Shown here: piece by piece, positions 61,296-62,185 of the stretch
Position numbering within the stretch: the stretch's first letter is position 1
How the letters are laid out: each line of letters opens with the position of its first letter
Origin: Bacteroidia bacterium
GTDB taxonomy: Bacteria; Bacteroidota; Bacteroidia; Bacteroidales; VadinHA17
Length of the DNA: 62,185 nucleotides
Direction: 5' to 3'
NCBI GenBank assembly: GCA_026391215.1
Contig: JAPLDX010000040.1
Location: 1 to 62,185 of the forward strand
The notes under the pieces: generated by a model
Seen by the model: the letters and a program-made list of their open reading frames with translations, nothing else
The model's database searches: none
What the model was told of the DNA's origin: nothing
Translations under genes and position numbers: made by a program

Positions 61296-62185
61296 ATGCC
61301 CAGCCTCATCCCCGGATTTGAATACGACATTTTCATCAGCTATCGCCAGAAAGACAATAAATACGACGGCTGGGTAACTGAATTTGTTGACAACCTGAAA
61401 AAGGAACTCGAAGCTACTTTCAAGGAAGACATAAGTGTTTATTTTGACATAAATCCTCATGACGGTCTTCTTGAAACACATGATGTGGGCGACTCACTCA
61501 AAGAGAAGCTAAAATGCGCTGTTTTTATCCCGATAATTTCAAGAACCTATTGTGATCCAAAATCATTTGCCTGGGAGAATGAGTTTAAAGCATTTGTGGA
61601 ATCTGCTTCAAATGACCAGTTTGGACTGAAGGTAAAGCTTCTTGGAGGTAATATTGCCAACCGTGTACTGCCTGTTCGTATCCATGAATTAGATAATGCA
61701 GACATTAAGTTGTGTGAATCCGTTTTGGGTGGAGTAATACGCGGGGTGGAATTCATATACAAATCCGCCGGTGTAAACAGACCATTAAGACTGAAAGAAG
61801 AAAATCCGCAGGAAAATCTCAATCACACAATCTATCGCGACCAGATAAATAAGGTAGCAAATGCTGTCAGGGAAATAATTACCGGATTGAAGAATTCTGA
61901 CAAAAGTGAAGATCTCAACCGGCCGGAAGAAGAGACGGAACAACAGGAATTACAGGATGAGGAAAGAATAATCCAGCAGAAAAAAAGAAAAATAGGAATT
62001 ACATTAATTGTGATTCTTATTCTTTTTGTCGGCTCACTACTTGTATTCCAGTTTGTATTAAAGAAAACCGGAAGTATAGATAAAAAAGAAAAAACAATAG
62101 CAGTTTTACCATTCCGTAATTTCAGTGAAGATCTGAATCAGGAAGTCAGAAGCGATGCTCTGACAAACGAAATAATAAATCATTT
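61296..62185 (+). CDS. TIR-domain + transmembrane + TolB-like (IAVLPF) protein, 3'-truncated by the window edge; absent from the ORF track
   Basis: Hand translation gives 296 codons with no stop: MPSLIPGFEYDIFISYRQKD..VFIPIISRTYCDPKSFAWENEF..KKRK-IGITLIVILILFVGSLLVFQFVL-..TIAVLPFRNFSED.. Confidence 0.85.
   Translation, partial: MPSLIPGFEYDIFISYRQKDNKYDGWVTEFVDNLKKELEATFKEDISVYFDINPHDGLLETHDVGDSLKEKLKCAVFIPIISRTYCDPKSFAWENEFKAFVESASNDQFGLKVKLLGGNIANRVLPVRIHELDNADIKLCESVLGGVIRGVEFIYKSAGVNRPLRLKEENPQENLNHTIYRDQINKVANAVREIITGLKNSDKSEDLNRPEEETEQQELQDEERIIQQKKRKIGITLIVILILFVGSLLVFQFVLKKTGSIDKKEKTIAVLPFRNFSEDLNQEVRSDALTNEIINH

Noticed and set aside
273-61822. Numerous short antisense or out-of-frame ORFs in the track (e.g. 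273-794, 43785-44348, 53537-54070, 61278-61481, 61547-61822)
   Set aside because: They are shadows of well-supported genes with no recognisable motifs; the last two lie antisense to the TIR ORF.

Overview
Core-genome chromosomal segment of a Bacteroidales (Bacteroidota) bacterium, inferred from TAnnTTTG -7 promoter boxes, Bacteroides-type CarB/ArgH/trigger factor and gene order. It holds about 46 mostly housekeeping CDSs and tRNA-Leu(TAG), covering glycogen metabolism, ribF, ahcY, greA, ruvC, serS, rplU-rpmA, thyA-folA, tig-clpP-clpX, lptB, tatC, recQ, carA/carB, argR-G-H, rsmA, purH, mreBCD-mrdA-rodA, pgi and upp. No transposase, integrase, prophage or CRISPR array was seen. Points worth follow-up: (1) an ORF missed by the track at the right edge, encoding a TIR + transmembrane + IAVLPF/TolB-like receptor-type protein; (2) at least three families of intergenic palindromic REP-like elements with compensatory base changes, one family carrying an IHF-like site in each doublet linker; (3) a probable arginine synthetase (ArcE) in the same window as a Thermotoga/eukaryote-type ArgG, whose argR-G-H block splits carA from carB and has tandem ARG boxes; (4) a glycogen synthase-phosphorylase fusion with an apparent in-frame loss of about 60 aa; (5) a leader terminator ahead of greA. 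All family assignments come from motif recognition by eye; no searches were run.
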